Of a DNA stretch of 64,000 bases, positions 61,362-64,000 are shown piece by piece. This DNA is from Chiloscyllium plagiosum (Eukaryota). The stretch's first letter is position 1; every line of letters starts with the position of its first letter. A program made the translations under genes and the position numbers. The stretch covers positions 81,087,666-81,151,665 of the forward strand of contig NC_057718.1 in assembly GCF_004010195.1 (NCBI RefSeq). Reading direction: 5' to 3'. Under the pieces are notes generated by a model, which saw only the letters and a list, made by a program, of their open reading frames with translations, had not been told where the DNA came from and did not search any database.

Positions 61362-64000
61362 CTGTCAAACAAGCAGGGACAAAGCAGAGAACAAGATCGG
61401 ACTGATAAATGAAACTGCATCTATTTCAATGCAAGAGGCAGATAAACTCAGGGCATGGTTAGGAACATGGGACTAAGATATCACAGCAATTACTGAAATG
61501 TGGCTCAGGGATGGACAGGACTGGCAGCTTAATGTTCCAGGATACAAATGCTATAGGAAGGACAGAAAGGGAGGCAGGAGAGGAGAGGGAGTTTTTGATA
61601 AGGGATAGCATTACAGCTGTACTGAGGGAGGCTATTCCTGGAAATACATCCAGGGACATTATTTGGGTTGAACTGAGAAATCAGAAAGGGATGATCACCT
61701 TATTGGGATTTATTATAGACCCCCTAATAGTCAGAGAGAAATTGAGAAACAAATTTGTAAGGAGATTTCAGTTATCTGTAAGAATAATAGTTATGGTAGG
61801 GGATTTTAACTTTCCAAACATAGACTGGGACAGCCATAGTGTTAAGGGTTTAGATGGAGAAGAATTTAAGTGCGTACAAGAAATTTTTCTGATTCAGTAT
61901 GTAGATGTACCTACTAGAGAAGGTGCAAAACTTAATCTCCTCTTGGGAAATAAGGCAAGGCAGGTGACTGAGGTGTCAGTAGGGCTAGCGACCATAATTC
62001 TATTAGTTTTAAAATAGTGATGGAGAAGGACAGACTATATCTAAAAGTTGAATTCTAAAGTGGAGGAAGGCTAATATTGATGGTATTAGGCAAGAACCTT
62101 CAAAAGCTGATTGGGGACAGATGTTCGCTGGTAAAGGGATGGCTGGAAAATGGGAAGTCTTCAGAAATGAGATAACGAGAGTCCAGAGACCGTATATTTC
62201 TGTTAGGGTGAAAGGAAAGGCTGGTAGGTGCAGGGAATGCTGGCTGACTAAAGAAATTGAGGGTTTGGTTAAGAAAAAGAAGGAAGCATATGTCAGGTAG
62301 AGACATGGTAGATCGAATGAATCCTTGGAAGAGTATACTTAAGAGGGAAATCAGGAGGGCAAAAAGGGGACATGAGATAGGTTTGGCAAATAGAGTTAAG
62401 GAGAATCCAAAGGATGTTTACAAATACATTAAGGACAAAAGGGTAGCGAGGGAGACAATAGGGCCCCTCACAGATCAGCAAGACTGCCTTTGTGTGGAAC
62501 CACAAGAGATGGGGAAGATATAGAATGTAGGGAAGTAGATGGTAACATACTGAAAAATTAGAGGAGGAATTGCTGGTGGTCTTGAAACACGTAAAAGTGG
62601 ATAGATCCGCAGGACCTGATCAGGTGTACCCGAGAACTCTGTGGGAAGCTAGGGAAGTGATTGGTGGGCCCCTTGCTAAGATGTTTGTATCATCGATAAT
62701 CACAGGTTCGCTGCCAGAAGACTGGAGGGTGGCTAACATTGTGCCACTGTTTAAGAAGGGTGGTAAGGACAAGCCAGGGAATTGTAGACCGGTGAGCCTG
62801 ATTTCGGTGGAGGGAAGTTATTGGAGGGAGTCCTGAGGGACAGGATATACATGGATTTGGAAAGGTGAGGACTGATTAGGGATAGTCAACATGGCTTTGT
62901 GCATGGGAAATCATGTCTCACAAACTTGATTGAGTATTTTGAAGAAATAACAGAATTGATGAGGACAGAGCAGTGAACATAGTCTGTACGGACTTCAGTA
63001 AGGCATTCGACAAGATTCCCCATGGGAGACTAGTGAGCAAGGTTAGATCTCATGGAATACAGGGAGAACTAGCCATTTGGATACAGAACTGGCTGAAAGG
63101 TTCGAAGACAGAGGGTGGTGATGGAGAGTTGCTTTTCAAACTGGAGGTCTGTGACCAGTGGAGTGCCACAAGGATCGGTGCTGGGTCCACTATGTTTCGT
63201 TATTTATGTAAATGATTTGGATGTGAGCATAAGAGGTATAGTCAGTAAGTTTGCACATTACACCAACATTGGAGGTGTAGTAGACAGTGAAGAAGGTTAC
63301 ATCAGATTACAATGGGATCTTGATCAGGTGGGCCAAGGGGCTGAGGAGTGACAGATGGAGTTTAATTTAGATAAATGCAAGGTGCTGCATTTTGGGAAAA
63401 CAAATCTTAGCAGGGCTTATATATTTAATGGTAAGGTAGTGTTGCTGAACAGAGAGACCTCGGAGTGTACATTCACACCTCCTTGAAAGTAGAGTCACAG
63501 GTAAATAGGGTTGTGAAGAAAGTGTTTGATTTGCTTTTTTTATTGGTCAGTGTTGAGTACAGGAGTTGGGAGGTCATGTTGTGGCTGTGCAGGACATTGT
63601 TTAGGCCACTGTTGGAATATTGCGTGCAATTCTGGCCTCCTTCCTATTGGAAAGATGTTGTGAAACTTGAAAGGGCTCAGAAAAGATTTACAAGGATGTT
63701 GCCAGGGTTGGAGGGTTTAAACTATAGGGAGGGGCTGAACAGGCCTGGACTGGTTTCCCTGGAGCGTCAGAGGCTGAAGGGTGACCTTATAGAGGTTTAC
63801 AAAATTATGAGGGGCATGGATAGAATAAATAGACAAAGTCTCTTTCCTGTGGTTGGGGAGTCCAGAACTAGAGGACTTGGGTTTAGGGTGAGAGGGGAAA
63901 AACATAAAAGAGACCGAAGAGGCAACTTTTTCGCATAGAACACGGTGTGTGTATGAAATGAGCTGCCAGAGGAAGTGGTGGAGGTTATTACGATTGCAAC
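61362..64000 (+). mobile_element. Degenerate CR1 LINE ORF2 (EN-RT), runs off the window
   Basis: [52 protein letters not shown]. Same subfamily as 46158-50787. Confidence 0.92.

Larger units (their letters stand above)
3532..64000 (+). other. QKI: QKI intron downstream of the exon (>60 kb, runs off the window)
   Basis: Canonical GTAAGT donor at 3532. No FNFVGRILGPRGLTAKQLE-encoding exon was seen by eye or in the ORF track downstream. Confidence 0.75.

Noticed and set aside
109..63938. Most ORFs in the six-frame track
   Set aside because: Short, often non-ATG, without splice context; they are antisense or off-frame readings of TEs or AT-rich intron. Only 3355-3552 overlaps a real exon.

Overview
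Eukaryotic (vertebrate) genomic DNA; the repeat complement (HE1/V-type SINEs, abundant CR1 LINEs, Penelope-like elements) points to a cartilaginous fish, probably a shark (inference). The only host coding sequence found is one 143-bp internal exon of QKI (Quaking, STAR/KH RNA-binding protein) at 3389-3531 on +. The next QKI exon (FNFVGRILGPRG...) was not found, so the remaining ~60 kb appears to be a single very long intron. That intron is a nested patchwork of decayed CR1 LINEs, an L1 with its RT deleted, a Tx1-like 3' end, Gypsy LTR remnants (including a clean solo LTR), tRNA-derived SINEs, pogo/Tigger-like and Harbinger-like DNA-transposon derivatives, and about five families of Penelope-like elements (PLEs). 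The most interesting signal is that the PLE termini carry minimal type-I hammerhead-ribozyme cores (CUGANGA-stem-GAAA-palindromic 4-mer-cleavage site). Three apparently intact cores lie in the sense of the QKI pre-mRNA. Several of these termini inserted as ~200-bp fold-back palindromes with 10-14-bp TSDs and a constant ~33-38-nt unpaired tail. Almost all ORFs in the supplied track are spurious or transposon fragments. No prokaryote-type system (CRISPR, operon) is present. All family assignments are by eye, without database searches.
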